Shown piece after piece: positions 41,910 through 59,254 of a stretch of DNA of 64,000 nucleotides. The stretch is from Eledone cirrhosa. Its lineage: Eukaryota. The notes below the pieces were generated by a model, which made no database searches, had not been told where the DNA came from, and saw nothing but the letters and a program-made list of their open reading frames with translations. Location of the stretch: positions 438,960,001-439,024,000 of the forward strand of contig OZ024740.1 in NCBI GenBank assembly GCA_964016885.1. The letters run 5' to 3'. Each line of letters opens with the position of its first letter. The first letter of the stretch is position 1. Made by a program: the position numbers and the translations under genes.

Positions 41910-43720
41910 GGATAGAATGGACTCCCGAGTCTCGTTAAGACAACCAGCCTGGGAGATAGACAAATATTCCCAGCATCTGACATGTGGCACATTGTGCACC
42001 AGTACAGGATTTAATGGAGAGCGCGTGGGATGCATGGCACAGACAACTGACAACTGTAAATGAAATATTTGTGCAGGTTTCTCGGCAAATAACTCTGTAT
42101 TTTATATACTTGTACCCCCTTAAATATCATGGAGATAAAGGAATTTCAATGGAGGCAGGCAGAAGATTCTGTTGGAAATCTCTAGCATAAACTTTGCACA
42201 TAGGTGGTGAAAGGTAGATGTCTCTGACAACACATACGACCAATTGTTAGATCTGTTTCCTCCTTTCATAAAATCAGCCATTATACGATGACACTGATTT
42301 CCTCTTTAGAGGAGAAGTCAAGAAATTAAACCGAAAAATTGTTTGCTCGTGATTAACCTGGTCAACAGGAACTGGAGACAAAGCACCCCCCTCTTGTACA
42401 CAAAACGAAGCTTCATGAAATGTCGGAACTCTGCGGGATACAAAACGTAATCCTGAACACAGAACATCCACCATAACCCGTCTCTTATCTCAGCCACATA
42501 TCAGCATAGCAACCCTTTCAGAAACTAGATTTGCAGGAAATGACTAATTGGAAGAGGTAAGGAGGTTATATCTTTTGCTGGGTAGGTAGATGCAAAATAG
42601 AATCTGGTGTTGACTTTGCTATTAGAAATAATTTGGTAAACCAACTCGAATTACTTCCTATAGGTATCAATGACAGGGTTATGGGCCTTCGTGTGAAAAT
42701 AGCAAAGAACGGTATTAATAATTTTTTAGTTGCTACGTCCCAACACTAAACTCATCATGTGAGCTTAAAGAGGAATTCTACTTCTGCCTTCGTTGGCAGC
42801 TCACCTGCTAGAGATAATTTGTTCTTGATGGGAGACTTTAATGCCAGAGTGAGAAATATCCCCCTGGCATGGCCAATGTCTTAGGCAGACATGGAATTGG
42901 AAAGACTAACTCAAATGGAATTCTTTTGCTATCACTTGGTCCAGAATTTAATCTTCCAACAGTCTAATTATATGAGGATTAGCTGGAAAGAGCCCAGATC
43001 TTGTCACTGTCATTTAATTGATTACACGTCAGACCAGCAGCCATGACGTAAATCACACTCGTGCTCGTTCAATAGGAGAAACATGGTCTCATTATAAACT
43101 CATTCGTTCTCATGTAAACATGACAATTCTGAAGATCATTCTAAAGACACAAAGGATTGCTCCACATAAAACAATTAGATGTCAGCAGGTTGAAGAATTA
43201 AAGAATCGCACAATCTATTAATAACTCTTTGGAAGCAAAATCACCTCAAATTCTGGACAGCTCTGAGACAGTTAAAGAAACATTAAGTTATGTCCATCGT
43301 AAGCACCAGGACTGGTTTGGCTCAAATGATCTACAAATCCATTCACTTCTTGAGATCATTGCTAAATGTCACAGTGCCTGGATGCTTGATAAGAACTCAG
43401 CTTCCAAACATAAAGCTTTCGAACAACCAAAGAAGAACCGTGCCCCATCCATACCTCGTGAAATAAAATAAAACTGTTGGACAGAGAAAGAAAAAGCCCT
43501 CCAAGGAGCAGGTGACAAAGTTGATTTAAAATCATTTTATTACAACCTTAAATAAATCTGTGGTCCTATTTCAAACAGTTCATCTCCAGTCCTTTCTCTA
43601 GAAAACGAATTATTAACCAAGTATGGGCTGAAAACTTCTCAAGTGTTCTTAATAGAGTCACAAACGTTAATATGGATATTAATAACAATCTGTCAAACAA
43701 TCCTTCCCTGTCAGATATTA
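41910..43720 (+). mobile_element. Decayed RTE-clade LINE, 5' region and AP endonuclease
   Basis: Frameshifted motifs: AS*NVGTL (about 42410), IATLSETRFAG (about 42507), CYVPTL (about 42731), FLMGDFNARV (about 42822), HQDWF (about 43304). The left boundary is approximate. Confidence 0.82.
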
Positions 43721-43814
43721 ATCCCGATGATGAATGTGAAATCCGAAATATAGGGACGAATAAATCTATTCCAAGGTAAATTAATCTTTGGTTTTCATTT
43801 CACTATGCATTTCG

Positions 43815-43850
<36 letters not shown>

Positions 43851-43870
43851 ACAACACATATATATATATT

Positions 43871-45324
<1,454 letters not shown>

Positions 45325-45433
45325 TGGAAATGATTTAAAGTAACTTCATTAGGTGTTATTTGATTTAAATAAGTGTATGCTCTGTATTCTTCCATATGGT
45401 AATAAATGGATCTCATATCCAAATCAGTCATGT

Positions 45434-47420
<1,987 letters not shown>

Positions 47421-47689
47421 AATTAAGTTAAAAATGTACATCTACTGTATGACTCTAAAAACCGGTTTGTCTGTGTGTTTACATACAGAATAGGTGGATA
47501 CTCACAGTAAAGTAACCAGTGAAAGACTTGGTACATCTACATATGTATACGTGTGTGTATTCATATGCATACTAGTATTTCAGTATACATATATGGATGT
47601 ACATTTTTAACTTAATTGTTTAAGCGTCAGTCATACAAAAGTGAGTTACAAACGAAACGAAATTTAATTTCGTTTCGTTATTTGTTTTT

Positions 47690-47909
<220 letters not shown>

Positions 47910-47912
47910 ATG

Positions 47913-47997
<85 letters not shown>

Positions 47998-48102
47998 GTT
48001 TAAAATGTCGTGTTACTTTGAAGGAGATTTAGCTATTTATTCTAGAAGTCAATATGACCTGGTAAAAGCTCATTCACTGGCTCTTCTGTCTCCCAAATAA
48101 AC

Positions 48103-48290
48103 GGCGGTGGATTGGCAGTATCAGTAGTGGGTGGGGTGCCATGCTTTCTAGCATAGTTACGTCCCTTTACGGTCTGAGTTCAAATCCCGTCGAGGTTAAC
48201 TCTGCCTTTCATCCTTACGGGGTCGATAAAATAAAGTACCAGTAATGTACTGGGTATTTGCTGGCCTTGTGCCAAAAGTAGAAACAATTA
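48103..48290 (+). mobile_element. tRNA-derived SINE family B
   Basis: Same head, B-box and tail as the 33118 copy. Confidence 0.88.
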
Positions 48291-48770
48291 TTGTAATAGA
48301 ATGTATTGGGTGATAAAGATTGTTTGTTTTAACTATTGAAACTTTGAAAATATTCACTAGTTAGCCATTTCAATTATTACATAATGTGAACAATATGATA
48401 TGACGCAACATTAGATTTTACCATGCCTCGCTCCCAGTAATCTCTCTAAATAATTACTATTTAAACTTCCAAATTAAAAGGAATATTTCCTTAAACGATA
48501 TTTGTGAGAATATAAAATGAAATTTGAAGTAATTTAAAGTTATATTATATTATTGGCATATTTATAGGAGAGAGTTTCATATTTTATAATATTGAGAAAT
48601 GTCTCAGAAAAAAACATTTTTCCACTTGAAGCGATTGAGAAAAAATAAGAGAAGGTAGAGATATTAGTAGTATATGTTGCATTTGTTTGTGCCAAGTTTT
48701 ACCGAACAGAATATAGTTAACCATCATTTAATATATATCACAAGAATTATATCAGTGAGATTAATTCTAC

Positions 48771-49290
48771 TTCATCAACTAGCTTTATGATCAAGGGATA
48801 TAAAATATGAAATCAATTCGGTGCTAATTCCATTGGGCGTCTATTGTTGATTTCCTCTGTTGATGTCACATAATCTTCATTATTGGCAAGCAATAGAGTT
48901 ATGCTTTAAGAATTAACTTCATAACCGGAGGTAAGTCTTCCTCTTTAATATATAGAAAAATAATATAAAAATATCAAAGGTATGCTTTAGAATGAGGGAA
49001 CTATGGCAGCCGTGAACATTCCCAAACTAGATAATGTGATTTTTAAACTAATCTAGAAATTATAATTTTACATTTAGTTCTTTCAATTCACAGTAATATG
49101 TTTCCTTTTGTGAAGAAGTGGTTTCCTTGGAAACAGAAGAAAAAAGTCATATTTCGCTTTAAATTATACATTTTAAAAATATTTTAATCAAAAATGATAT
49201 TCCTTGTATTCTACATCATTCCCGGATATAAACATTGGATTTGAAATACATATCTTTACTTAAAGACTTTGAATGTTGTTTCTGTTAAAA
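48771..49290 (+). repeat. About 500-bp local duplication, copy 1 (copy 2 at 51533-52026)
   Basis: First about 185 bp identical by eye, remainder diverged; offset 2762 bp. Confidence 0.9.
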
Positions 49291-50639
49291 GGTAGGAAAC
49301 AGGTAAAGTGTTGGTTCTCTACCTACTAGCTACTTTTGTTCCGTAACTCCCGACTGAGTCGTAGGGGTTCAGTAGTGATATCCGACAAGCCTGAAGACAG
49401 TAGCTTTCTTCCAGAGAAGGAGAGTGAGAGAATGGAAGTGAGAAAGAGATATTAAGGAAGAATCGACCCTATTAGACCGCCACTTTTGTTATCGACCGCG
49501 AACGGTTGAAATGCGCTGGATTTGAACTCAGAAGAAAGCTGGAAAGAATACCGCAAGGTATTCTATCCAACGTTCTAAAGACTCTGCCAAGTCGCCGCCT
49601 TTTCTAGCCTTCTACACGTTTATATATGAACTAATAACCAATTATCGCTGAAAATAAGGATACAATTAATACCCCGAACTGATAAAATGTTTTGTCAAAA
49701 ATAAATATCCTTATCCATCGTAATTTATGTCATACAATTTAAATTCTATCAGGGAGATTAACTTTTAATTGTAAATGTGTATTGAGGTAGTCTTAAGGTT
49801 TGTTTGTTTTTGACCAACAGTGTGAGTCTTGGGCAACTGTAAACACACACCAGTCGTTCATTACTTAGTCCGAAACACACCAATTCACATGCTTGTGTCC
49901 GTGAAATGGATAAGAGCAGGCACTTACATCTAAGATATAAAACGATAGAAACGTTAGAAAGTCGGTCAAAATTTACTTTCAATATTTGCTCCTGTAATTT
50001 GTGTTCAAATTCTGATGTGCCCAAAGAAGATTTTTTACCTTTCAATATCGATAAATAAAGAATCAATCCAGGGTCATGGATTGGTGAAATTATTGTCAGC
50101 GGCAGAGGTGGTGGCTTACACTAATTGAAGCGTTCATAGAGTTTTGAGTCTGAATCATACTCTGGCCTACTTTGATGATAGATTTAATCCGATGTAACAC
50201 CAACACTAGCCGTTAGGTAGCAAGAATTTAGATCCCGTTTCCAGCTTTAAAATATCTTCCTGTATTTCTCTCACCCGTTTAAGAGGCCCTAAAAAGGTCG
50301 TAGGCACTCCCTTCTATGCCAAATTAAATAGTAAAAAGAAGCAAAATCATTTCATAACATCGCCTAAAATAACTATTAGGTTTAACGTCAGACGCATTTA
50401 AAATATCGGCTAAGAAAATTGGTTTACCATACAACACAGGTAAAAATTACCATACAACACATTCGCTCTTTACTGGAATAATAACACATTAGTTAAATAA
50501 ACGGCCAGTGAAGTACTATTTATGCAAATCAGACTAACTGGTTTAGTGACTCCACTACAATAAATAACTATAATAAATAACTAACTATAAGTTTATATAA
50601 CATTTTAATATGTTAAATGCTGCGGATTAAGAAGCTTGG

Positions 50640-51230
50640 TGTGGCGCCAGATGGCAGGAGGATCCCTTGGTTCAATTAAGAGGTCAAAGATACTATCCCA
50701 GCAAAGAAGGAAGTTCACAAAGCTTGACTTGGAAATACATCTTTCTTCTTGTACTTGTGATACAAACAGGCACGAAAAATTGCATCAGAAACGATAAAGG
50801 CGTCCAAGGTTAAGACATAGAAGGACTTTGGAGTTAAGCTGGAATCCGACTTTTGCGAATAAATTGTTCTGGCAGACCATTTGTCGACTTCGTAATAAGG
50901 AGCCCTCCTTCACACCTGCTATCAGGGACGCGTTTTTGGTTCTCCTCTCTTCAGAGAGGTGCATTCTTGCAAAGTGGAGAGAATACTTTACTGATCTCCT
51001 AAAGCTGATTGCAACAGCATCTTCTGATGTACACGAGGTGCATCTGGGAGCGGTGACTAATCTTCTTTTGTAGACCTCGAAAAAACGTAAAACCGCGTTC
51101 CTCAGGACTTGCTGTGGAAGGTTCTACCGAAGTATGGGATCGATGATCAGCTTCTTGTTGCCATGATGCCTCTATACGAATGCCCATGTATTTGTGATCG
51201 GATAAATGATGCTAAATCGACCTTCTCAGC
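50640..51230 (+). mobile_element. Decayed, internally deleted RTE-clade LINE fragment
   Basis: PWFN*EVK..., KLFWQTICRLR, KWREYFTDLL and the RT motif FVDLEKT*NRVPQDLLWKVLPKYGI. Confidence 0.8.
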
Positions 51231-51532
51231 AATATGTAGGAGGAGAAGGAGGATGAGAAGAAGAAGAACAACAACAATTTTATATATGTGTCATCAGAAC
51301 AGGTGGTGTGTGCCGAGGACCCAAAAAGTCACCACCCACAAAAATAAATAAATAAATAAATAAATAAAAATAAATCAAAGCTAGAATCAAAAGATCCTTT
51401 TTTCTATCTGCGGAAGAGAAAGCTACATTTGTTAACATTTCACCACGTCTCATTGTGGCAGCTAAAAAAATAAAGAACATTTTAAATTATCAATACACAC
51501 TGTCCTGTACAGTAATAATTTATTAATTTAAA

Positions 51533-52026
51533 TTCATCAACTAGCTTTATGATCAAGGGATATAAAATATGAAATCAATTCGGTGCTAATTCCATTGGGC
51601 GTCTATTGTTGATTTCCTCTGTTGATGTCACATAATCTTCATTATTGGCAAGCAATAGAGTTATGCTTTAAGAATTAACTTCATAACCGGAGGTAAGTCT
51701 TCCTCTTTAATATATAGAAACATGATATAAAAATATCGAAGGTATGCTTTAGAAGTAGGGAACTATGGCAGCCGTGAACATTCCCAGACTAGATAATGGG
51801 ATTTTTAAACTAATCTAGAAATTATAATTTTACATTTTGTTCTTTCAATTCACAGTAATATGTTTCCTTTTGTGAAGAATTGGTTTCCTTAGCAACACAC
51901 GAAAGCATTCTTAGTTCGCCTCAAGTTATACATTTTTAGAATATTTTAATCTAACACACATTCCTCCTATATTTTAAATCTTGCCTAGATTTTTACTAAA
52001 AGACTTTCAATATTGTTTTATTAACA
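51533..52026 (+). repeat. About 500-bp local duplication, copy 2
   Basis: Matches 48771-49290. Confidence 0.9.
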
Positions 52027-52246
52027 TCAAGTAAGTAAACTATTGGATCTTTATTCAATGTGCAATATGATTATACGATTAATTAAGAAAATTCCAATTA
52101 TCGCAGTCAAATAAGGAAATAGAACTTGGGCTCAGAAATCTGTATCTAGTATAATTTTAGTTATTGCAGCTTTACATACACGCTGAGGACAATTATGCCT
52201 ATATATAGTCAGAGGAGTGTATATTACTTTATACATACATAAGTAA

Positions 52247-52351
52247 TAATTGTTTCTACTATTGTCACAAGGCCAGCAAATACCTAGTACATTACTGGTA
52301 TTTATTTTATCAACCCCGTAAGGATGAAAGGCAAAGTTAACCTCGGCGGGA
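52247..52351 (-). mobile_element. 3' half of SINE family B
   Basis: Reverse complement of the 33193-33299 segment. Confidence 0.82.
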
Positions 52352-52949
52352 TAATAATTAAATGCATAACAATTAGTCAGATTATATTATTCAAATACGT
52401 TACTTATATATTTCAAGACAGAAAAAAATATGTTTATTATTTCGCATTTTAAATCTCTACAACGATTTTGTTCTCGATAATGTCTTAAGTATTGTATAAG
52501 AAATATATATGAGATATTTCTTGTTAAATCTTTCACCAAAGAAGGTTCGGAATCATAGTCCTGGTGTGTCCGTTTTCAATACACTTAATTATCAACAGTG
52601 GGAATTCCCTTCATCTTAAATATCACATATTATACAGCAACTTCATTGAAACATTTAGAAGCAGTTATCTAACATCAACTCTCACATTAACATCCACTAT
52701 TGAATACTCTATGAATAAGAAATATGATGAGGCTCATACGTCAATGTTTTAGGCCACATCCAAAGAAAACCTTTCAACAGCAATTTCACAATGATCACTC
52801 TGCAACATAACACAATCACACATTACTACTCTTGTGAAATACCTGTCAATATACTCTCTTCAGGCAGCGACTTTACTTCACAACTTCTACAAATTAATCA
52901 GAAAATGGATGAACTGTGATGATTCGAATATATTACCATGTTGTATATA

Positions 52950-53499
52950 TCTACTAGCCGAATTACCGACGCCTTGCTGCGTTTCACACATAAAAAAGTA
53001 GAGGCATTAACTAATAATTCTTTTTGTTATAATTCTAATGATGTTTTGCCATAGGTAAAATGTTTAAATTAGCCAAATTTTACTATAAAAGAGAGGTGCT
53101 TTTTTTTGTTGATTTACATTTAATTAATAGAAAAACCCCGTGATAATAGAGGTTCCAATACTCAAGTTATGGACTTCCAAAAGTTTCACTATAGAGGGTT
53201 TAACCCCCATTAAGGTGTCTTAATATTATTGAGATTTGCTGAAATTTTGTGAATAGGTATCATATCTTATCATTTACCTATGGTATAAATTTCATATAAA
53301 TCGACGGGAAAATATTTTCAACAGGGGTTTTGTGCCCCCGGGGAACCCTTTGATTAAAATGAAATATACGTAAGAAATTATGAGGCATGAGCCCCACACA
53401 TGTGTCCAGTTTCATCAAGATCGGTTTGGTAGTTTTTGAGTTTTAGGTTCACAAACAAACAAAGAGATAGACAGAAATTACCATTTATGTATATAGATA
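52950..53499 (+). mobile_element. Non-autonomous Helitron/Helentron-like (DINE-1/Lep1-type) element
   Basis: Starts TCTACTAGCC; internal AAATTTCAT....ATCG and AGTTTCATCAAGATCGG motifs; ends (ACAA)n...TTTATGTATATAGAT. Recognised from general architecture only. Confidence 0.5.
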
Positions 53500-53613
53500 A
53501 TCTGACTCCATCAACATAAGCCTACTATATATAAACATTCTAGTAGTAGCGGGGGAGGGGGTATACTCAATTGTGTATAGTGTTAGCATGACTGACTAGG
53601 ACTAATTTGTAGT

Positions 53614-53879
53614 AGCATCTTCAGCCGATGTTTTATTTTCACTATATGCAAATGAGCATCCTCAGCCGATGTTTTGTTTACATTATATGCAAATGAGCAT
53701 CTTCAGCCGATGTTTTATTTTCATTATATGCAAATGAGCATCGTCAGCCGATGTTTTATTTTCACTATATGCAAATGAGCATCCTCAACCGATGTTTTAT
53801 TTTCTCTATATGCAAATGAACATCCTCAACCGATGTTTTATTTTCTCTATATGCAAATGAGCATCCTCAACCGATGTTT
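53614..53879. repeat. 41-bp minisatellite x6.5, with ATGCAAAT in each full unit
   Basis: AGCATC(T/C/G)TCA(G/A)CCGATGTTTTATTTTCACTATATGCAAATG units starting 53614, 53655, 53696, 53737, 53778, 53819 and 53860. Confidence 0.95.
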
Positions 53880-55129
53880 CGTACGTAAAAACCATGTAGG
53901 CTTTAGTATATTCCCGCCTCAGTACCGAGTGAATAAATCCAGAAACAGCTGTCTGGCATTCTTACAATCGACAATATCAGACAGAGAAACAGAATATTTA
54001 AAAGAAAGTTTAGGTAATTGTTTCTAATTTAAGCACAAAGTAAGCAGTTTTTGTGGGGATGGGGTGGAATCCGATTAATTCGACCCCACTACTTCAATGG
54101 TACTTTATTTTATCGACGTTCGAAGGTTGGAAGTAAATAAACCGGCACAATTACCACAAAGAATGTTGTTCGTCGCTGTAACGTTTCCCACAGCTCACTG
54201 CCAATAAACATGAATATAAAATATAAAATTAACAATCTGTAAGGAGAAGATGGGGTGGGGAGGGGGGTGGGGGGGGCATTAAAGCTCTAAACTAAGGTTA
54301 GAAAATTAAATGAAATTACAAAAAGCAAAACAGAAATCAAACCAGCATTTCAACAAAATATTTTCTAGGACAATCAAACCTGAAACACACCGAAAAAAAA
54401 ATGAATATTTGTGAAATGAGAAACGTTCAGAAATATTCTAAAGCTAGACATTTTGAACATGATAATAATATAAAGGTGATGACAGTTAAGGAATTTAAAA
54501 CTATCGACTAGTGAAATACATCCAAAAGATAAAGCTGAACGATAAGATTAAACTACAATAAAATATTGTAGACATAGTGGAAATAGATACGAACCACAGA
54601 ACCCCCAACATAAAGCAAATAATCTACACAACAGCTATGTAGTCATAAAGGAATGTGTGAGCGGTCTCTAAACGTCTTATATAGGAATATAGAAACACAT
54701 GGCATACACTTGAGGAACAAACACGCAGAGAAAGATAGAACATAACAGATTTTTTAAGCCTTAATTAAATTATCAACGAAAATATAGAAATAAATAGATT
54801 AAAGAGAGAGAAATACTAGAAATAACATAAAAACGAAATGATCGAAATGAACCAGCGCATAAACCTAAAGATGCTAAGTTACAAAGAAGCTGTCGTTAGG
54901 AAGTTCAACAAAAATCCTTCGAAGAAAACAAATACTTCGACTGCACCTAAAACGATTTGACCAACCACTCTGCAAAACTAAAATACAACCAAATTCGGCG
55001 TCAACAGGAGAAGAGCTGCTAGTGTGTTGGAGAAGAGGTGTTAGAGTGTTGGAGAAGATGTGTTAGTGTTGGAGAAGAGGTGTTAGTGTGTTGGAGAAGA
55101 GGTATTAGTGTGTTGGAGAAGAGTATAAA

Positions 55130-56140
55130 AAATAGCCAGAGGCGTGGATGTTGAAATCAACAAACGCAACTACGGAGAAATTGTTTGCAGAAATAACATC
55201 CGAGGAAGTATCCCGTATACAATAAAAGCCGAGCAATTGGAAAACACCCGGGAATGATAAAGTTGTAAACTCCTGGCAAGTAGGAACAAAGTTGCAAAAA
55301 TATCGATTGAATGAGTAAACAAGACAGAAACAAAACATTAATGTCTCACCGAGGGAAACGCCATCTTAATATTAAAGACTGACAAAAAAACAAAAAAAAA
55401 CAAGTAGAAATCCATAAACTGCCTGCCTAATGTATACAAAGCCTTAACAGAAATATTATCGCAAAGGAGAAATAATGACCGGCAAGAAAACATGCAACAG
55501 AGTTTCTGGAAAACAGAATATGTTAGATGGAAAATCATTTACTGATAAACGAAAACCCATCGTTGAAGATTGAAGGAAGGGAAAGGTCTGAAAATGGCAT
55601 GGATTTATTACCAGAAGGTATTTAACAATTTTGCCATCTCATATTTTCTGGAAGTAATACTCATGAGTAACTTTGGGTCAATAACATGTAGGTATACCAA
55701 ACATGGTATTAATAAATGGAAAACAATTTTGAAGATCCAACCAAAAGAAGGAATTTTATAAACGAAGTCCATACATATTAGAAGAAGAATATCCCCAGAG
55801 GACCATTTTATTCCTTCCCTTACTCTCCTTATACTTTTCGGTTCTAATACCTTGAAAGAAAAAGCTAATTTGTCTGGCTACTGATGCAATAGCTATGGAA
55901 TGGCAATCAGCCATTTCATGTCGGTGGATGATGTCATATTACATGTAGATGAGAAACAAGTGTAAATATTATTACATAGAGTAGAGTGACTGTAGAGCGG
56001 AAGGTGGGAGATTCCGTTTACATGCCACAAGAAACATGGAAGAGATAGATGAAAGTTATAAAACCAACTAATATCATGTTAGATAAAGAAACAGAGATAG
56101 GAGAAATGGAACAAAGAGAGACGTACAATTACTGAGAAAT
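55130..56140 (+). mobile_element. Heavily decayed R4-like LINE reverse transcriptase
   Basis: NWKTPGND (about 55235), CLPNVYKALT, LKMAWIYYQKVF (cf. MAWIDYxKAFD) and ISHFMSVDDV (cf. ISHLLYMDDL), with many stops and frameshifts. Confidence 0.75.
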
Positions 56141-57280
56141 GGAATAAAGAGAGTGTTAGGAAGTCACAGTAAATTAATAAGTGAAGGTGACTAACCTAGC
56201 GGCTATGGTGTTAATCTCATGACTGTGAGATCGTAGGTTTAGTCAATGGACAAAGTGGAGTTTGGTGTTCTTGTACAAAGTACTTTATGTCATCATACTC
56301 TAAAGTATTTATAAAATGCAGGGTTATTTTGAACAAATTATTTCAGCAAGAATATTGAACTTATTTTAAAAACTGTCCAAGAAAATCCATAAACATTAAA
56401 AAAAGATATTTCATTAGGTATCAAAACTTTCATTGCAGCGAATAATACATTAATAGTTAATATAATTATTATAATTAATATACTTCATAAAAGATAAGTT
56501 TCAGAAAGCCAGTACAGTGCGGTAGAAAAATACGAAGGGTAAATGATGACAAATAAAATCAAATAATGTTTTACCCAGTGTATTTCAACCTGATATTTCA
56601 GGGCCAATACCCTTTTTCAAATGTGGAACTGGAGCAGTTCCAAACAAAACGAACGTTCGATGTGTTCTTCCGGAAATGGTGCAAGAAGTGACGGTTGATA
56701 TATTTCCAATTCAATAGATTTCTTAATAAGGAATATTACCGTTATTATGAAACATGTCATAGGCAAAGATAAAATGATTTGATCTCAATATTCATTGAAA
56801 TGATTTTCCTCTTGTAAGGATTTCTTCCTATAACTGAGAAAATGTTCAGTAGCACGTGGAATGATTGGAACCTACAGAAAGGTAATAAGTACAAAGATAT
56901 AAAAACGAAAATTTAACAAAAAAGTGACAATAAGCAATTCTAAAAATGTGATCTTGTTAGTAGAATTTAAATAGAAACATTTAAATATTTCCTTATCAAT
57001 TGGTGAAAGCCCAGCTATATTGATGTATTCCTATTTTGAAATATATGTAGAAATCTCATCACTAAAGCAATTTTGTAGGGAAGATAATATCGATTATGGG
57101 GAAATCGATAATACAACCTCAGTATCAAACTGGTGCTATATTTTATCGACGCCGGAAGGGGGAAAGGCAAAGGTGACTTCAGTGAGATTTGAACATAGAA
57201 CGTATGTGACAGCAACAAACACTGCAAAACATTTGTCTGACTTTTAACAATTCTGGCAACTCCCGTCATAAAATATTATT

Positions 57281-57466
57281 GGTGGATTGGCAGTATCGGT
57301 AGAGGGTCGGACGCCATGCATTGACGCATAGAGTTACGGCCCTTGCCATTCTGAGTTCAAATCCCGCCGAGGTTAACTTTGCCTTTCATCCTTATGGGGT
57401 CGATAAAATAAAGTACCAGTAATATACTGGGTATTTGCTGGCCTTGTGCCAAAAGTAGAGACAATT
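57281..57466 (+). mobile_element. tRNA-derived SINE family B
   Basis: Same head, B-box GAGTTCAAATCC and tail as the other copies. Confidence 0.88.
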
Positions 57467-58642
57467 AGTAGATTAACACAATGAGGTCCAATCACCTTCA
57501 GAAATTGACAAAATCCACGCGGAAGTCTTCATCAGCTATACATTTATTGCTAATTATGAATTCATATAAAAATGAGAAAACTCAGCGCTAAAACAACTGC
57601 AGTCCTAGCCACAATGTTTCTCATGTAAATTTAAATAAACTCTCGCTTCGTCTTGATCAGAGACAACAATGTTTATTTATTGCTAATAAAATATGACAAA
57701 AATGAACGTAAACTACCAAATTTCAGTATGAACTATGTTGTGTATCACAGACTTGACATGCGCCTTATACAATGACGTAGATACTGTATACATGGTGTTG
57801 TCTCTCTACTAATTCTTCAACAACTATTTCCATCTAGAATGAGATCTCAAGTTTTCATCTGATATATACTAGTCAGATAACGTGTCTGGCTTTGATAAAC
57901 AAATGTTGAATTAGGTTGGGAGCATTTGCTGACGGACAAAAATACAGAATATACTGAATTTCAATTACACTAGATATTTTTTTCAAGTTAATTACTTTAC
58001 GTTTGAATTTTGTTTCATGGGGACATCAGTTGCAATTCTATTTGAAGAAACACGTGATTACAAGAAAGATTCCAAGAAGAAATTATAGAAAGAAGAGGCT
58101 GGAAGTAATTGAGATGGATGGAAGCGAAACTGGACTTGTATTGCCTGCAGGCTATGTCAGGAAAATGAGAAACAATTGAAAGAGTATTTGGTTGTATAAC
58201 ACTTGGAGTGATTACCTTATAAAAGATTGCATTGACCAGTGTAAGAAGAATTAGTTAAAAACAATTCCGTGTGGTATTAAATCAAATGGGATACGGACCA
58301 CACTGTATATTGAGGTAAAAATGTGTATTGTGTCACATAAGGTAGGATTATATTTTCGCGAATTGCGACCAAACATAAAAATAGATTATTGATATAGCTT
58401 TATTGAAGACAAGCTATTCAACAAAGAAAACAGCCTAGAGAAACGATAATGTACCAAAAGCTAATCTTTGAAATTCGAGAAAGAAGGGAAGGTTACCATT
58501 TAAAATTTGCATGGATTCTGATTGGTCGCTTGAGAGTTAAACGGACTGGAGATCATATACAAACGGACAAGAAGATTAAAAGGAAAAATCGGGAGGAGTG
58601 TATCCCACCTCAGGAAGATGCACCCTCACATGAAATGGGTGA

Positions 58643-58849
58643 TGCAGTGAGTGTCAGAGCTCAGCTGAGATGTACCCCTAGCCAAGGTTGTAGAGTGCAG
58701 TGTCAGAACTCATCTGAGATGTACCCCCTAGCCAAGGTTATAGAGTGCAGTGAGTATCAGAGCTCGGCTGACATGTACCCCTAGCCAGGGTTATAGAGTG
58801 CAGTGAGTGTCAGAGCTCAGCTGAATATCCCTAGCCAAGGTTGTAGAGT
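58643..58849. repeat. About 50-bp minisatellite x4 (TGCAGTGAGTGTCAGAGCTCAGCTGAGATGTACCCCTAGCCAAGGTTGTAGAG)
   Basis: Directly visible tandem units with small indels. Confidence 0.88.
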
Positions 58850-59138
58850 TTCTCTCCTGATTTCCTTCTTTCTATTGTTTCACTACTTAAACCTCTCTGT
58901 ATTATATTTATCCTTTAAAACTATGTTCATTATACAATCCAAAATCCTGAACTTCTGTTTTAAGTCTAATAACTTCAACTATTTAACGTTAAACAACTCT
59001 ACATATAGATCACAGAAGAAGGTGGTGTATAGAATTGGTTATCATTGAGAAATGTATTAACTGCAATTGTTGAAACAGACTGCTTCACTCTCTCTGAAAA
59101 AATATAGCTTCTAGTTGACTATTACTAGAAATAATAAT

Positions 59139-59254
59139 AATTGTTTCTATTTTAGGCACAAGGCCAGCAATTAACCAGTACATTACTGGTACTTTATTTT
59201 ATCGAACCCGTAAGGATGAAAGGCAAAGTTAACCTCGGCGGAATTTGAACTCAG
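59139..59254 (-). mobile_element. 3' half of SINE family B
   Basis: Reverse complement of the family B tail, including TTTGAACTCAG. Confidence 0.82.

Noticed and set aside
47651-47679. Perfect small palindrome AACGAAACGAAATT-T-AATTTCGTTTCGTT resembling the 29641 tail
   Set aside because: Too short to assign; no ribozyme core nearby.
51270-51300. CUGAUGA on the minus strand
   Set aside because: No downstream GAAA or pairable stems. Isolated CUGANGA hits near 12143, 23517, 25390 and 38440 were rejected for the same reason.
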